Positions 32,584 to 44,994 of a stretch of 64,000 nucleotides of DNA are shown in pieces; the first letter of the stretch is position 1; every line of letters begins with the position of its first letter. Location: positions 525,165-589,164 of the forward strand of contig RQSC01000027.1 of assembly GCA_013416795.1 (NCBI GenBank). Direction: 5' to 3'. Origin of the DNA: Prasinococcaceae sp. CCMP 1430 (Eukaryota; Plantae; Prasinodermophyta). The translations under genes were made by a program, and so were the position numbers. The notes below the pieces were generated by a model. It saw only the letters and a list, made by a program, of their open reading frames with translations. It made no database searches and was not told the origin of the DNA.

Positions 32584-34431
32584 TCAGTCCACATCGCAGA
32601 GCCCGTCCTCGTCGTCCTCGTCCTGCGCGAACGCCACTTCCTTCGCATCGACCGGCTCGGTCGCAATGGCAGCGGCGGCGGCGGCAGCGGCGGCGTGATC
32701 CGCGGGATCCTCACCGAGGTCGTCACCAGCACTGGCGGCATCGTCAGCAGCATAACCACCAACGTCGCCAGCGATCTCTGTGGTCACCACATCCTGCGAC
32801 TCTTCGTCCTCGTCACTTGAAGACGAGTACTCGTCGTCCGAAGGGAGCCACGCGTGGCGCTTTCGGTGCACAGACTGCGGCATGCCAGCTGTCTCTACAC
32901 CGCCCTCAGAATCACCCCCCTCGGCCTCAGCCTCGACCACGGCCTCGGCCTCCACTTCCTGTCGCTCGCCCACTTCCACCGCCGCTTTCCACAAGGACGA
33001 GTACATGTCGGTGCCCCAGATTGCTGGGCGCGGCGGCGCGGGCACGGCCGCTGTGCTTCCATGGCCCTCTCCACCGCCCTCACCACCGCCATACGACGTG
33101 AGCGCCTCCGCCTTGGCCGCCGAGCGCGCCATCTCGCGACGCACTACCTGCGCTTTGAATGTGCGCTGGGTTTCGCGCTGCCTCTCCAGCATGTCGGCGG
33201 TGATGGGGGCTGGTTGGCGCACTGGGGACGGCGCCTCTTGCTCCGGCCGCTCCCGCTGTTCTGGCTCCTCGCGCTGCTCCCGCTGCTCCACAGCGTCCAC
33301 ATCGAGGGCGGGCGCCTTATTATTCTGGACAGCGGCTGAGCCGGTGTCCGCGTTTGCGCTCATGCGCTGTTCCTCCCCGTGCTGCTGCTCTTTCTCTGCG
33401 CCTGCACGCGCCGAAGCTTCATCCTTGTCCACCACCACGAAGTCGCTTCCGCACGGGCTGGGCGCGCGCTCCGACTGCGGCGCCTCGCGCGGCTCGAGGC
33501 CGTGGAACTGCTTGCTTAATAGCTCCTCGCGCTCCATGAGTTCCCTTTGCCGCTTGGCCTTGCCCTTCTCCACCATCTCTCGGAACGCGTCGCGGTGGCG
33601 CTGCCTGTCCGCCTCCTCCTCATCCTTTATGCGCTGGCGCTCTTCGCGCTCGGCCTCGATGCCGCCTTTGACGAAGGCCTTGGCGAGGCGCGACTCCTTG
33701 GGGAACACAGGCGACTCATCTAGGTAGTTGAGGGAGGGCATGGCTGCAATCAGGCTCTTGCGGTAGTGCTTCACCATCGACACCACACGGTTGCCCTTGA
33801 GAACCAGCAGAGAAAGTGGGATGGTCTTGAGCAGCTCCACCGCCTCCGGCTGTTCCAGCTGATTGTTTGAAAGGTCCAGGCTGCGAAGCTCGGGGCTTTG
33901 CGCGAGCTCCTCGACACCCTCGAGGCCGGTGACCCTGTTATTGGCCGCGTGCAATGTGGTGAGCAGCTTGAGCTTCCCGATGCCCTCGAGGGATGTCAAC
34001 GAGTTGTCGCTGATATCTAGCGTGCGAAGGTTCGTCAGGCAGCCCAGGCAGCCCGTGTCAAGGCTGCGTAGCAGGTTTTGGTTGACGTAAAGCGTGCACA
34101 GCTCTGTCTGTGCCTCGAGGCCCTCGATCTCATCAATGCCATTTCCCTCCAGGTAGAGCGTCTGCTCAGGTGTACAGGCGTGGCCGGTGACGCAAACAAG
34201 CGCGCACACGACGCGGGTGAAGCGGTGTCAGCGCCCGGACGGCCGGCTCGCCGACGCCGCGAGACTCAGCGCGCGCGTGCGCACCTTGAGGCCTGTGTAC
34301 TTCTCCAGCGCTTCAATGCGCGAGATACCCTTGCGCTGTAGCCGCAGCACATCGTTCAGCTCCGGACACGATGCATACAAGTGCTCCTTGCGGCAGAGAT
34401 CGCGAAGGTACGACTCTGTCAGCACCGTCAT
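32584..34431 (-). CDS. DNAAF1: Dynein axonemal assembly factor 1 (LRRC50/ODA7); intron 34162-34284
   Basis: 'LY..CPELND.L.L..KG...IEALEKYTGLK|TLYLEGN', SDS22-type LRRs, LRR cap 'YRK.LI...PSLNYLD..PVF..E.RLA.AF..GG.EAEREER', and an acidic tail. Confidence 0.85.
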
Positions 34432-35069
34432 GGCCGGCCGGCAAGGCGCGTGCCCGGCGCCCGCGCCCCCCGCTCTGCCGGCCTCCCTTTGCCGGTCCCC
34501 CTTCCCCCGCTCCGCACTCTTCCCCACCCCTACCCACGACTTGCCGCGCACAGCTGCCCTGCGCGCCGAGCCCCCGTCGCCGCCGCCGCGCAGGCGCCGC
34601 GCGCGCGACGTGTGTCTGCGCGCTCGATGGCGCGCGCGCGCCCGCGCGTTGACCGCCGGTGCGTCCCAACGAAAACAGGTGCGACCTGGAGTTCCTCTGA
34701 AAGACTCGAGCAAGCACCCCTCCACGACGTCGATACCAGGGTAAAATTGGGGTAGACCGGGAAGAGACATCTCCCAAACCCTCGCCGTTCCCCGAGGCGG
34801 AGGTGCCCGATTTGGGCCGCGGACCGCGCGTGGCCGTGCTGGCGGCGCACGTGCGGGGCGCGGCGCGGAGCGATGTCGCTCCCGACGGGCGCCCTGCGCG
34901 GGGCGGCGCGGGGCGGGGCGGGTGAGCCTTGCGGACCGCGGGCGGTGACGTTCCGAGCCACCCCCCATCGCGGGCCGTGCGCGCGCGCGCGTGCACGCGT
35001 GCGCCTGTGCGCGCGCAGCCGTGCGAGCTCGCCGGCTGCGCACGAGGGGGAGGAGGGGTGTAACGCACG

Positions 35070-35972
35070 ATGGGGGCCGGGGGTGCGGAAGAGGCGTCTA
35101 CGGAGCCTGCGCGCCCAAGGTACTTCACACCTACCGAGGTCGGTGCGCACAACAACCCGGATGACGTGTGGGTGTCCTTTCTCGGAGGGGTGTACGACCT
35201 GACGCCTCTGTCAGCAAATGGCGAGAACGGAGTGCTGCTGCAGCCACTGCTCGACGTGGCGGGCACCGACATCTCGCACTGGTTCGATGCGAGCACGGGG
35301 GACCTCAAGAGGTCGGTGGACCCGGTCACCAACCTGGGGGGCTACCACGTCCCCATGGGCCGCTTCGTGCATGTACCGCCCGCCGACCCGAGCGCCGACT
35401 GGAGTACGTCTTTCGGGACGCCGTGGTGGAAGAATGCCGGGCTGCGCGTGGGTGACCTCACCGCATGCACGCGGCTGGTGCGCATTAAAAACGTGCTTAC
35501 TGCGCAGGAGGCGACGCTGGAGGTCCCCGAGGAGGAGACTGTGGGTGAGATACGCGAGCGCTACCTCGCGCACAACTGGCACGCCAAGGGCTACACCTGG
35601 AAAGTCATGAAGCGCACGCCGCCTGAGGACGGTGCGGAGGAGGCTACTGGTGCGTGCAGCAAAAGCGCACGAACACGCACTGCGCGCGCGCACGCGAACA
35701 GTTGCCGGTGATGCGTGCTCGCATGCTCGCCCAATCGCACTTGTAGGCACACCCACGCTGACGCGCTTGCTTGCTTGATTTGTGCTCGCGCCCGCGAACC
35801 CACATACCCTCACGCAGCCACGTACGAATGGATAGAGCTTGATATGGATAAGACACTCGCCGACAACGGAGTGCCCGACCAGGCGCCCGACTTTGCTGCG
35901 GTGGGCATCGATGAGGACTACTATGTGCCCGTCATTCACGTGTACTTTAAGGACGCGCTCACCGTTGCGTGA
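35070..35972 (+). CDS. CYB5D1: Cytochrome b5 domain-containing protein 1 (radial-spoke associated); intron 35650-35817
   Basis: 'YFTPTEV..HN..DD.WVSFLGGVYDLT', 'AGTDISHWFD', ubiquitin-like region, 'HAKGYTWK', and 'LDMDKTL.DNG...PVIHVYF.D.LT'. Confidence 0.9.
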
Positions 35973-36146
35973 CGCGTGCACGCGCTCTGGGCGAGCTTTT
36001 GGTGCCGTAATGATTGTGGATTTGTACAACGTGTCACTATGAAGAGGGCCGACTTCGCACGACACCGATGCCGAGGACGCGCGTGCGGCATCTGTGTGGC
36101 ATACGCGAGCGCGGCACTTCGCATGCGTGCATAAGTATGGTTGCTG

Positions 36147-38099
36147 TCATTCCCACCAGAAGTTGACAGAGGCGCTGGACGACATCGAGCGGCAGTAGTG
36201 CCACACACCTGCCGGGATAAAGAGGGCATCGCCAGGCGCAAGCACGCAGTCGACGTATGAGGCGCTGCTGAACTCTGGAAACCGAGCTGCGTCAGGCGCA
36301 TCCATGTCGACCTGCATGATGCGCGATTGCGCACGAGCACGCGCGCAAGAGTGTGTGTGTGTACACACCGCGTATTAGTGGCCGATAGGGACGACTAGGC
36401 GCACTCGTGCAGATGTAGGCTCGCGCGTCTGCATACCTGGCTTGCGTTCGCCCAGCGCGATTCACTACTGCGCGGGTAGAGCTTGAAGCCTTGGTCATGG
36501 GGGTAGAGACGAACATACTTACGGCCAACAATCTGTGCACACGTTCCACACGCTCGCGCTTGTCAGCTCCTCAGCCCACACTCTGACATAGACGCAAAAG
36601 TGCCTGTCGACGCACCTGACAGAGCATGTTGTGATTTGGATCGTGGTGCAGGGGCGTGACGGTGTGTTTGGGCCCCAGCCACGCGTTGGCGGCCACCAGC
36701 CGCCCTCGGCCCGTGCGCGTCTGCGGTGGCGGTGCCACGTCAGCCGCCAGCGCCTCGACCTGGTCGAGCAGTGGATGCTGCGCCAGGTAACCGCGCTGCA
36801 GCTGCGCGGCAGCATGACCGTCGCCTTCGCTTACGCCGCTGCCAAAAGCGTCATTTCCAACCTGGCCCCAATCGGTGTGGCCATCGCTGGCGTCCTCAGC
36901 GCCCCATCCTTCAGCACCCACGAAGCGATCGAAGTACTCCGCGAGGCTCATGAGCTCGTGGCGCCAACCCTCGGCTAAGTAGTTGCGTCCGACCTGCGTG
37001 TGCGCGTGCGCCAGTAGTCACGCGTGTGAGTGATGAATCGCCATATGCGTTCGGGCCGCCCTTGCCCATGCCCCTTCCCCCGTCCCCCTCTAATCTTCAA
37101 GAATGCATGGGCGCGCGTAGCAGAGAGCATTCGCGCGCGGCACACCTCAACAGGTACCAGCCGCCCGCCCGCCACGCGTTTGAGGTAGTTGCCGCCAGGT
37201 TTTGCCCAGCGCTCGGCGGCGGCCCAGCTCCAGTGCGCGACCGCGCCCTTGAGCACAACGGCCTTGGCGGGCAAGAGGTGCTCGCGCGCGAATGCGTCGC
37301 CGTCGTCGAGCTCGGCGGCCATGCGGCACGGCACTGCGCGCGCGGCGAGGAGCGAGCCAGGTGGTAAAACCTCGCGCAGGCCCGCGGTAGCTGCAAAGCG
37401 TGCGCTGCCGCCAAGGTCCTCGCCCCGACGAGCGGCCGCATCGAGCGCGACGGCAGGTGTAGCTGGTGTGGCGGGAGGAGTGCCTTTGTCATCTCTACCC
37501 TCAGCGAGCGCACCGTCCACCGCCGCGCGCGCCGCCCAGTCAAGCGCTGCGCGCCATGCGGGCCCGCCAATGATGATGGCCATGTCGAGCGCGCGTCGCG
37601 CGGCATCGAGCCGGCCGGCCTCGCCCTGCCGCAGCAAATCCTCGATCAGGCGGCCCAGCACAGCTGCGTCTCGCCAAGCTTGCGCCCAGTCATCCCCGCC
37701 GCTGCCTGGCGCGCAACAGCTATGAGCGCAGCCCATGGCGTCATCCTCGGCAATTTCCGCCACGCGCGCAGCAGACACCAATGCGACATCGGCTGCGCCA
37801 GCTGCAAGGCCCTCGACAGCGCGCCGCAGGCACGCCGCGGCCTCTTTTGCGTCGCACGAGCGCTCGGGCTCCCCGCAGGCGCGCAGCGCGGCCGAAGAGA
37901 CGCATGGCAGCCCGCCAGATGGTGAGACCCTGTCGGCTGCCGCACCGCTTGCGACGCTGCTGACGCCACCATTATCCGCGTCCTCAAGCTTTGCCGCGGT
38001 TGCGAGCGCTCGGCCACTCAGTGCGATGAGTGCCTTGAAGGGGAGGCTCACATAGCCCTCCCGGGCGCTCTCCGGCGGCGGCAGCCGTGCGCCTGCCAT
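36147..38099 (-). CDS. JMJD5: JmjC hydroxylase, JMJD5/KDM8-like; introns 36994-37145, 36533-36615, 36312-36436
   Basis: Spliced product reads 'RLVPVE|VGRNY', 'YLAQHPL', 'NAWLGP..TVTPLHHDP.HN.LCQ|IVGRKYVRLY', 'SQ|VDM' and 'PGDALFIP..WHY..S'. Confidence 0.88.
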
Positions 38100-39549
38100 C
38101 GCGCCGCGACGGCCGCCCCTGCCGGCGCTGGACAAGCGCGTGGCCGAACAGCGCCACCGCCTGCCACGCAGCTGTGGCGCGCGCGGCCGCACCACTGCGG
38201 ACGCGGCCGGCGCGGGACGGCCACACGCGCCACGGCCGCGCGTGCCCCTTCGGCCGGCCGCGCGCGCGGCCACTCCGCGCGGCACAGTAATGCATCCCTG
38301 GTCCTGCCCGAAGCCTGCCAGGCCAACGCTCGCGCTCGATCGAGATGGATGAATGGACACAATGCTGCGTGACATCCGGCTGCGTTTGGGGAACTCCCCA
38401 TCACCTCGCTGGGTCTGCACCAGCCCGCAGACTCGAGCCAGACTCCAGAGTCTCCAGCCAGACCCGCTCTTGCAGCCTGCACGCGTGCTCTCCCTCTTCC
38501 TCTCACCTCCACCGTTCGATCAATCGACCACCGCCACCAACCAACCAACCGCGGTGCGGTACCGGCCACCCGCGCGCGGTCATCACCATCCATGCAGCGC
38601 CTCCCAGACACCAGCCAGGGCCGAAAACTGCGGAACGCTCCCCGCGCGCAGCGCTTCCCCAAAGATCTCCCCCTCCGGCCGCGGCCCGCGCGGCCGCCGA
38701 AACCAAAAAACGCAAAATCTGAAAAGGCTATGAAAAATATAGCCAACGCCCCGCCTGCCGGACGGATGTGCGGACCGGGGATTCCACTCGTTTGGCAATT
38801 CCTCGCCGGCTTCGCCCATCGAGTCTGCGGTTCCGCGTTCGCGCGCTCGGTTTCGGTTCCCCGAGCGCGCGCGCGCGCGCGAGCGCAGGGGCCCGGGTGC
38901 TGCGCGCGGTCAGTCATCAGGTCCCCCTTTATCTGTCTATGTTACTGTTGGGGGGGGGGGAGGCGGGCCGGCCCGCGCGGAGAGCGGGCGCCGGGGCCGC
39001 AGCGGACGCCGACGAGCAAGGGCTGCGCGAGCGCGCCCCGGCGACGGCGCGGGTTGCGAGGGTGGCGCGAGCGACGCACGTGGGCGGGTGGTGGGCGGGC
39101 GGACAGCCGAACCAAAGGCGCCCACGGCGATGGCATGCTCTGTCGGTGACCAGACGGCGTTGTACTCGCGTTCGAAGGGCTCGAAGGTACCGCCACTGCC
39201 GCGCGCGCCCCCGCCCGCCGCGTTTCGAACGCAGTTCGAAACGCGCACAGCGGCGAGAATAATGCGAATATGCGGACGCCGCCGAGTGTCGCGCGCGCGA
39301 AATCGCCAACCTCAAACGAACAAACAACGCGCTCGCGGAGGTGGCGCGGCCCGGCGGCGCGCGCGGGGCGTCCACCCGCCGCGCGGGGGGCGCGCGGGTT
39401 GAACGGGGTGAGATTGCCGCCGCTGAGGGAGGGCGCGCCGCAGGCGAGTGCCAGGCGACGTCTGGGCACGACCGCGACCGCCCAGCGCGCCCACGCGTGA
39501 GTCAGAAAAGGGCGGAGACACGTCAAGACGTTCCCTCTCGCTCGGTGCC

Positions 39550-42500
39550 ATGGACGGCATGCACCCTGGAGGGGGCAGTGCCTCGTTCGGGGGTGCATAT
39601 GAGGGTGGCGCGCAGCAGCAGCAGGAGCAGCAGCAGCAGCACAACGGTCTACGGGTCAAGGTGCCTGCAAGAGGCGCGGAAGGAGCTGCGGCGGACCTCA
39701 CAGGTGATAACGCATCGCAATCGTTCGTGCTTGCGGACGGTCGCGAGGTGGTCGTGACGTACGACGACGAGGGCATGCCGCGCATGGAGGTGGCCGCCGC
39801 CGCGCCGTCCATGTGGACACCGCGGAAGCGTGCGGGCGGCAGCTCTGCCTTTCGAGAAGTGATGCGCTCAGGCGGCGGCGGGAAGGTCCTCCGAAACCCC
39901 AACGATGATGCGTCTCTGTGCCACAAGTCGCTCAACTACTTCACGCAGTCACACCCGCTGCGGCAGTTCTGCATCCGCGTATGGCGCAATCCCAACTTCG
40001 AGGTCCTAATCATGCTGCTCATTTTTGCCAACTGCGTCACGCTCGCGCTGTACGATCCGACCATGCCCGAAGGCGAGGGCAAGTTCAACAAGGCCGCAGA
40101 GCAGTCCGAGGTCGTCTTCACAGTGCTCTTCACGATGGAGTTCGCCCTGAAAGTTATCGCGATGGGCTTGGCCCTCGCGCCGAACACGTACTTCCGCGAT
40201 GGGTGGAACGCGATGGACGGTATCATCGTCATATTCTCGCTGCTCGGATTTATCGTGCCCGCAGCCAACATCAGCTCCGTCCGCACGGCGCGCGTCCTGC
40301 GCCCGCTGCGATCGATCTCAGTGCTGCCGGGCATGCGCATTCTGGTGAGCACGCTGCTGAACGCAATGCCGGCGATCGGAAACGTCATGCTGCTTTGCGC
40401 GTTCCTTTTCTTCGTCTTTGGCATCCTGGGTGTACAGCTCTTCGAGGGCGCGCTGCGCAATCGGTGCGTGGCGCCCGATCCAGGCACTGGCCAGTTCACG
40501 CAGGTGGTAGACATGGACGCCATATGCACCAACGCCACCTACCCATGGCACGGCCCGCACTGCGACGAGGGCCACGTGTGCATGGACTGGTCAGACCTGA
40601 AGGTTGAGCTCGAAGGCGACACATACCATGGTTACGAGATCGGCCCCAATCCCAACTACGACATCACGCACTTCGACGACTTCCTGTTCGCCACACTGGC
40701 CATGTTCCAGAGCATCACGCTCGAGGGCTGGACACCAATAATGTACAACTGCATGGACGGCACCTCCGGGTGGTCCTTCATCTACTTCACGCTCCTCATC
40801 TTCTTTGGCAGCTTCTTCGTGCTCAATCTCGCGCTCGCCGTGGTCTCAGAAATGCTCGATGAAACTGCGAAGGAGATCACAAGTGAGATGTACGAGGAGG
40901 AGGAGAACGCCAAAGCCGATGAAGAGCAAGGTGGCGGCGATGACGGCGAGGCCGCCGCGCTTGAAGACGGCACGGCAGATGATGGGGCGGAGATGGAGCC
41001 CGATCGGCGCAACATTCTGCAGAAGGCCGCCAGCGCTGCCGCGGGTGTTGCGGGCGCTGTGGGTGAGTCCATAATGAGTGCGGCAGAGACGGTCGGGCTT
41101 GGGGCGATCGACGACGATGACGCCGCGCAAAGGCTTTCCATCCGTGGCATCTGCCGCGGCATCATCGACTACGAGTATTTCTCGCCGTTTGTCACAGCCA
41201 TCATCTTGCTCAACACCGTTATTCTTGCGGTCGAGTACGACGGCATGTCCGAGTCGACGACTGATGCGCTCGATCAGGTCAACATCGGCTTTGCCATCTT
41301 CTTTATCGTCGAGATGGTGGTCAAAGTGTTGGGGCTGGGACTCAAGGAGTATGCGGCGGACCGATTCAACCTGTTCGACGCTTTTGTGGTCGGCTTGTCC
41401 ATCATTGAGCTCGCTTCGGCGGGGGGCGGATCGCTCTCAGCCCTGCGGGCCTTCCGCATCCTCCGCGTGCTCAAGCTCGTGCGCTCGTGGGTATCCCTGC
41501 AGAAGTTCCTGGTGACGGTCTACCGCACGGTCACCGAGCTGGGCAATTTGTGCTTCGTCGTGTTGCTCATCATCTTCATTTACGCCCTGCTGGGCATGCG
41601 GCTCTTCGGAGATCAGATGAACGACCTTCCGGGTGGGAGGCCTCGGCACCACTTTGACACGCTCCTGTGGGCCATGATCACCGTATTCCAGGTCCTGACG
41701 GGCGAGGACTGGAACGCCATAATGTACGACTGCATGCACGCGACCTCTGGCGCAGCGAGCATGTACTTCGTGACGCTGCTCATCTTCGGAAACTTCCTCA
41801 TCGTGAACCTCTTCATCGGTATCCTGCTGGCTAACTTCGGCGAGGAGGTCGTGGACGATCCAGACATAGACCCTGAAGAGCTTGAGCACAAGGAGGAGCA
41901 AGAGCGAAAGCAGAAAGAGAAGAAAGAGAAGGAGAAGGAGCTGAAGAAGTTCCGCGCGGAGGCCGTCAAAGCCGACCCCAACCCATATGCAGGCAACGCC
42001 ATTTGTCGCCTCAGCGAGCTGGAGCACAAGTCGCTCGGACTCTTCGAGACGACCTCTGGCGTTCGCACGATGGCCTACCGCATTGTTGACGACAAAAGGT
42101 TCGAATATGCCATCATGTGCCTGATCGCCATCAGCTCAGGTGTCATGGCGTACGAGGCTCCCTCAGTGACTGCGAATGCAGACACGCGCGAGATCTTGGA
42201 TGCGATCGACGCCACTTTCGCGGCGATCTTCTGCTTGGAGATGGCGCTCAAGCTGGTGGCCCTCGGAGGATTCAAGGGTCCGTACGCCTACGTGAAGGAC
42301 GGCTGGAATGTTCTGGATGGCACCATCGTCATCTTCGCCGTGATCGGTATCGCTCTGAAGGATTTGAACCTCGGGTGGGTCCGCGCGCTGCGCGCCCTGC
42401 GCGCTCTGCGGCCGCTGCGCGCGATTTCGCGTATTCCCGAGCTCAAGGTGGTGGTCAATGCCCTCATTGCTTCCTTTCCGGGCATGGGCAATGTGATCGT

Positions 42501-44994
42501 CATTTGCCTGCTCTTCTGGTTCATCTTCGGCATCCTGGGCATGAACCTCTTCATGGGCAAATTCCACTACTGCACGGATGGTGACGTGTTGACCAAGGAG
42601 GAGTGCACGGGCGTCGTGTGCGAGGTCGACTGCGAGGTCGTGCCTGAGTGCGCCGCGCTTCCCGATGGAGGGCTTTCTCTGCATGACTTCGACGCGCTGC
42701 GCGCGCTCGCCGACAACGACACCCTCTTCCCGGGAGCTGAGCTCAACGCATCCAATCCGCTGGTGGAGAGCCTTGCCCGGGAATGGGCCAACAACGTCAC
42801 GTTGCCCCCCGCCGCGCCAGCCACCGTGGCCGATCCCGCCGACGCAAACGCCACTTCCGACGATGACGCCGCGAGCCCGCCGCCGCATTCCGCGGAGGCG
42901 TATGCGCTTGCGCGCACGCTTCAATTCGGTGACTGTGCGGAGGCCTTCTCCAGCTGCGAAGCCGTGTCGTGCGCGGATCGCGAGTGGGAGAATTACGACA
43001 TGAACTTCGACAACCTTGGCCAGGCCATGCAGACACTCTTCGAGATGTCCACCACGGAGGGCTGGACTGCGGTGATGTACCAGGGGGTTGACGCCGTTGG
43101 CATTGACCATGGGCCCATCGAGTACTACAACGAGCCTGTGACCGCATACTTTCTCATTTTTATGGTGATCGGATCCTTCTTCCTCCTTAACTTGTTCGTC
43201 GGCATCATCCTCGACAACTTCGCGCGGTTGCGCTCTGAGAGCGAGACGGGCAGCGTGTTCCTAACTAGCCGACAGAAGGCGTGGGTGGACGCCGCGCGTT
43301 TGGCCTTCAGCCAGGCTGCCGAGGCGGAGCCTGAGCCGCCCGAGCATCCCACGCGCAAGATGTTCTTCGACGTTGTGAGCGACGTGCGTTTCGAGTACGC
43401 AGTGTTGGGTGCCATTTTGTGCAACACGATCGTCATGGCTATGAACCACTACGACATGTCCGACGATTTCGTCACTATTCTTGAGATTCTTAACTACCTC
43501 TTCACAGCCTTCTTCACGTTGGAGGCCGGGGCCAAGATCATAGGCCTCGGCTTTGGTGGCTACCTAGCGAATCACTGGAACAAGTTCGACTTCGTCGTGG
43601 TCCTCGCGAGCTGGGTCGGTATCATAGCAGGCTCGGGCGGGTCCATCAGCGCCATTCGCATCTTCCGCATCGCGCGCGTGTTCAGGCTCGTACGCCGTCT
43701 GAAGACCGTGCGCACCATGTTCACGACGCTACTCGTTGCGCTACCCACCCTCGTCAACGTGTTCATGCTGGTGCTGCTCATATTCTTCGTATTCGCCGTG
43801 CTGGGTGTGAACATGTTCGGCACGGTTGAGGAGGGCGAGTGCGTCGACAAGCACGCCAACTTTTCGACGTTCGGCAAGAGCATGCTGCTGCTCTTCAGGA
43901 GCTCTACCGGCGAGGCCTGGAACTGCATCATGTACGACGTGATGGTGTCCGGCGACAAGTGCGACAGCACAGAGATCAAGGACGAGCATGGAAATATCCT
44001 CAAGCACAACAACTGCGGCAGCCCCATCGCGCCGATCTATTTCGTCCTCTTTGTGCTCATTGGCTCCTTTCTCATGCTCAACCTGCTCATCGCTGTCGTG
44101 CTTGAGAACTTCTCTGCCAATACCAAGGCTGACGAGCTGGAGATCAACAAAGACACCATCGATGACTTCAAGGACGTGTGGAAGCGCTTCGACCCGCGCG
44201 CCACAAACTTCATCAAGGTGCACGAGCTCGAGGCGCTCGTGCGCGCGACTCCCAAGCCGCTTGGACTCGCCGGCACAGACCCGACGCGCAAAGAGATGGC
44301 CATCTTCCTGGCCAAGCTCAAGCTGCCCGCCGGTGACTACCTGCTCTTCCAGGACGTCATTCGTGCGCTCTCCTTGGCGGCCATAGGAGTGAACGATAAT
44401 GAGCTGCCCAGCGAAATTCGGAAGAGCCTCGAGGTGCAGGCTAACAGGCAGCGAAACGATCTCGTCGCGACAGCTGAGGAGTCCGGGCACGTCAAGGACG
44501 TCCGCGGCAAGGCGGCAATGCTGGACATGAAGCCAGGCGAGCTATATGCGTTGCAGCTCGCGCAGTCATGGGTGAAGGGGTGGATCGAGCGCAAGCGCCG
44601 CAAGAAAGAGGAGGAGAAGCGCCGAGAGGAGGGCCTCGCGAGCGCCGACAGGCGTGCCGCGGAGCATGTCATGGCACTGCTTGAGCGCGCGCGTGCGGAG
44701 TTCAACTCGACGAGTGGCGCCGCTGCAGGTAGCATGGGCTTTGACGCGGTGGCCTCGCCGCCCGCCTCAGCACTGGCGCGCGCTGGGGCCGAGGCGCACA
44801 TGGCGGGCCTGCTCTCGAAGGGCTACGAACAGCGTGCTGGCATCGGTGATGCGGCTGACGCGCCTGCTGCCGATCCTGACGTCGGTGTGCTCGGTCAAGG
44901 CTGGGGCGGCGAGGGCGCAGCATCCGGCGGTGGTGCTGAGCTGCCGCAGATGGGCGGCTTCTCGTCGACAAACCCCACCTTCGACGGCCGTTGA
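39550..44994 (+). CDS. Four-domain voltage-gated Ca2+ (Cav/Nav superfamily) channel alpha subunit, intronless
   Basis: Four 6-TM repeats with R-rich S4 helices, pore loops TLEGW/TGEDW/TTEGW/TGEAW (EEEE), a C-terminal EF-hand-like 'WKRFDP', and an IQ-like segment. Confidence 0.95.
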   Translation: MDGMHPGGGSASFGGAYEGGAQQQQEQQQQHNGLRVKVPARGAEGAAADLTGDNASQSFVLADGREVVVTYDDEGMPRMEVAAAAPSMWTPRKRAGGSSAFREVMRSGGGGKVLRNPNDDASLCHKSLNYFTQSHPLRQFCIRVWRNPNFEVLIMLLIFANCVTLALYDPTMPEGEGKFNKAAEQSEVVFTVLFTMEFALKVIAMGLALAPNTYFRDGWNAMDGIIVIFSLLGFIVPAANISSVRTARVLRPLRSISVLPGMRILVSTLLNAMPAIGNVMLLCAFLFFVFGILGVQLFEGALRNRCVAPDPGTGQFTQVVDMDAICTNATYPWHGPHCDEGHVCMDWSDLKVELEGDTYHGYEIGPNPNYDITHFDDFLFATLAMFQSITLEGWTPIMYNCMDGTSGWSFIYFTLLIFFGSFFVLNLALAVVSEMLDETAKEITSEMYEEEENAKADEEQGGGDDGEAAALEDGTADDGAEMEPDRRNILQKAASAAAGVAGAVGESIMSAAETVGLGAIDDDDAAQRLSIRGICRGIIDYEYFSPFVTAIILLNTVILAVEYDGMSESTTDALDQVNIGFAIFFIVEMVVKVLGLGLKEYAADRFNLFDAFVVGLSIIELASAGGGSLSALRAFRILRVLKLVRSWVSLQKFLVTVYRTVTELGNLCFVVLLIIFIYALLGMRLFGDQMNDLPGGRPRHHFDTLLWAMITVFQVLTGEDWNAIMYDCMHATSGAASMYFVTLLIFGNFLIVNLFIGILLANFGEEVVDDPDIDPEELEHKEEQERKQKEKKEKEKELKKFRAEAVKADPNPYAGNAICRLSELEHKSLGLFETTSGVRTMAYRIVDDKRFEYAIMCLIAISSGVMAYEAPSVTANADTREILDAIDATFAAIFCLEMALKLVALGGFKGPYAYVKDGWNVLDGTIVIFAVIGIALKDLNLGWVRALRALRALRPLRAISRIPELKVVVNALIASFPGMGNVIVICLLFWFIFGILGMNLFMGKFHYCTDGDVLTKEECTGVVCEVDCEVVPECAALPDGGLSLHDFDALRALADNDTLFPGAELNASNPLVESLAREWANNVTLPPAAPATVADPADANATSDDDAASPPPHSAEAYALARTLQFGDCAEAFSSCEAVSCADREWENYDMNFDNLGQAMQTLFEMSTTEGWTAVMYQGVDAVGIDHGPIEYYNEPVTAYFLIFMVIGSFFLLNLFVGIILDNFARLRSESETGSVFLTSRQKAWVDAARLAFSQAAEAEPEPPEHPTRKMFFDVVSDVRFEYAVLGAILCNTIVMAMNHYDMSDDFVTILEILNYLFTAFFTLEAGAKIIGLGFGGYLANHWNKFDFVVVLASWVGIIAGSGGSISAIRIFRIARVFRLVRRLKTVRTMFTTLLVALPTLVNVFMLVLLIFFVFAVLGVNMFGTVEEGECVDKHANFSTFGKSMLLLFRSSTGEAWNCIMYDVMVSGDKCDSTEIKDEHGNILKHNNCGSPIAPIYFVLFVLIGSFLMLNLLIAVVLENFSANTKADELEINKDTIDDFKDVWKRFDPRATNFIKVHELEALVRATPKPLGLAGTDPTRKEMAIFLAKLKLPAGDYLLFQDVIRALSLAAIGVNDNELPSEIRKSLEVQANRQRNDLVATAEESGHVKDVRGKAAMLDMKPGELYALQLAQSWVKGWIERKRRKKEEEKRREEGLASADRRAAEHVMALLERARAEFNSTSGAAAGSMGFDAVASPPASALARAGAEAHMAGLLSKGYEQRAGIGDAADAPAADPDVGVLGQGWGGEGAASGGGAELPQMGGFSSTNPTFDGR

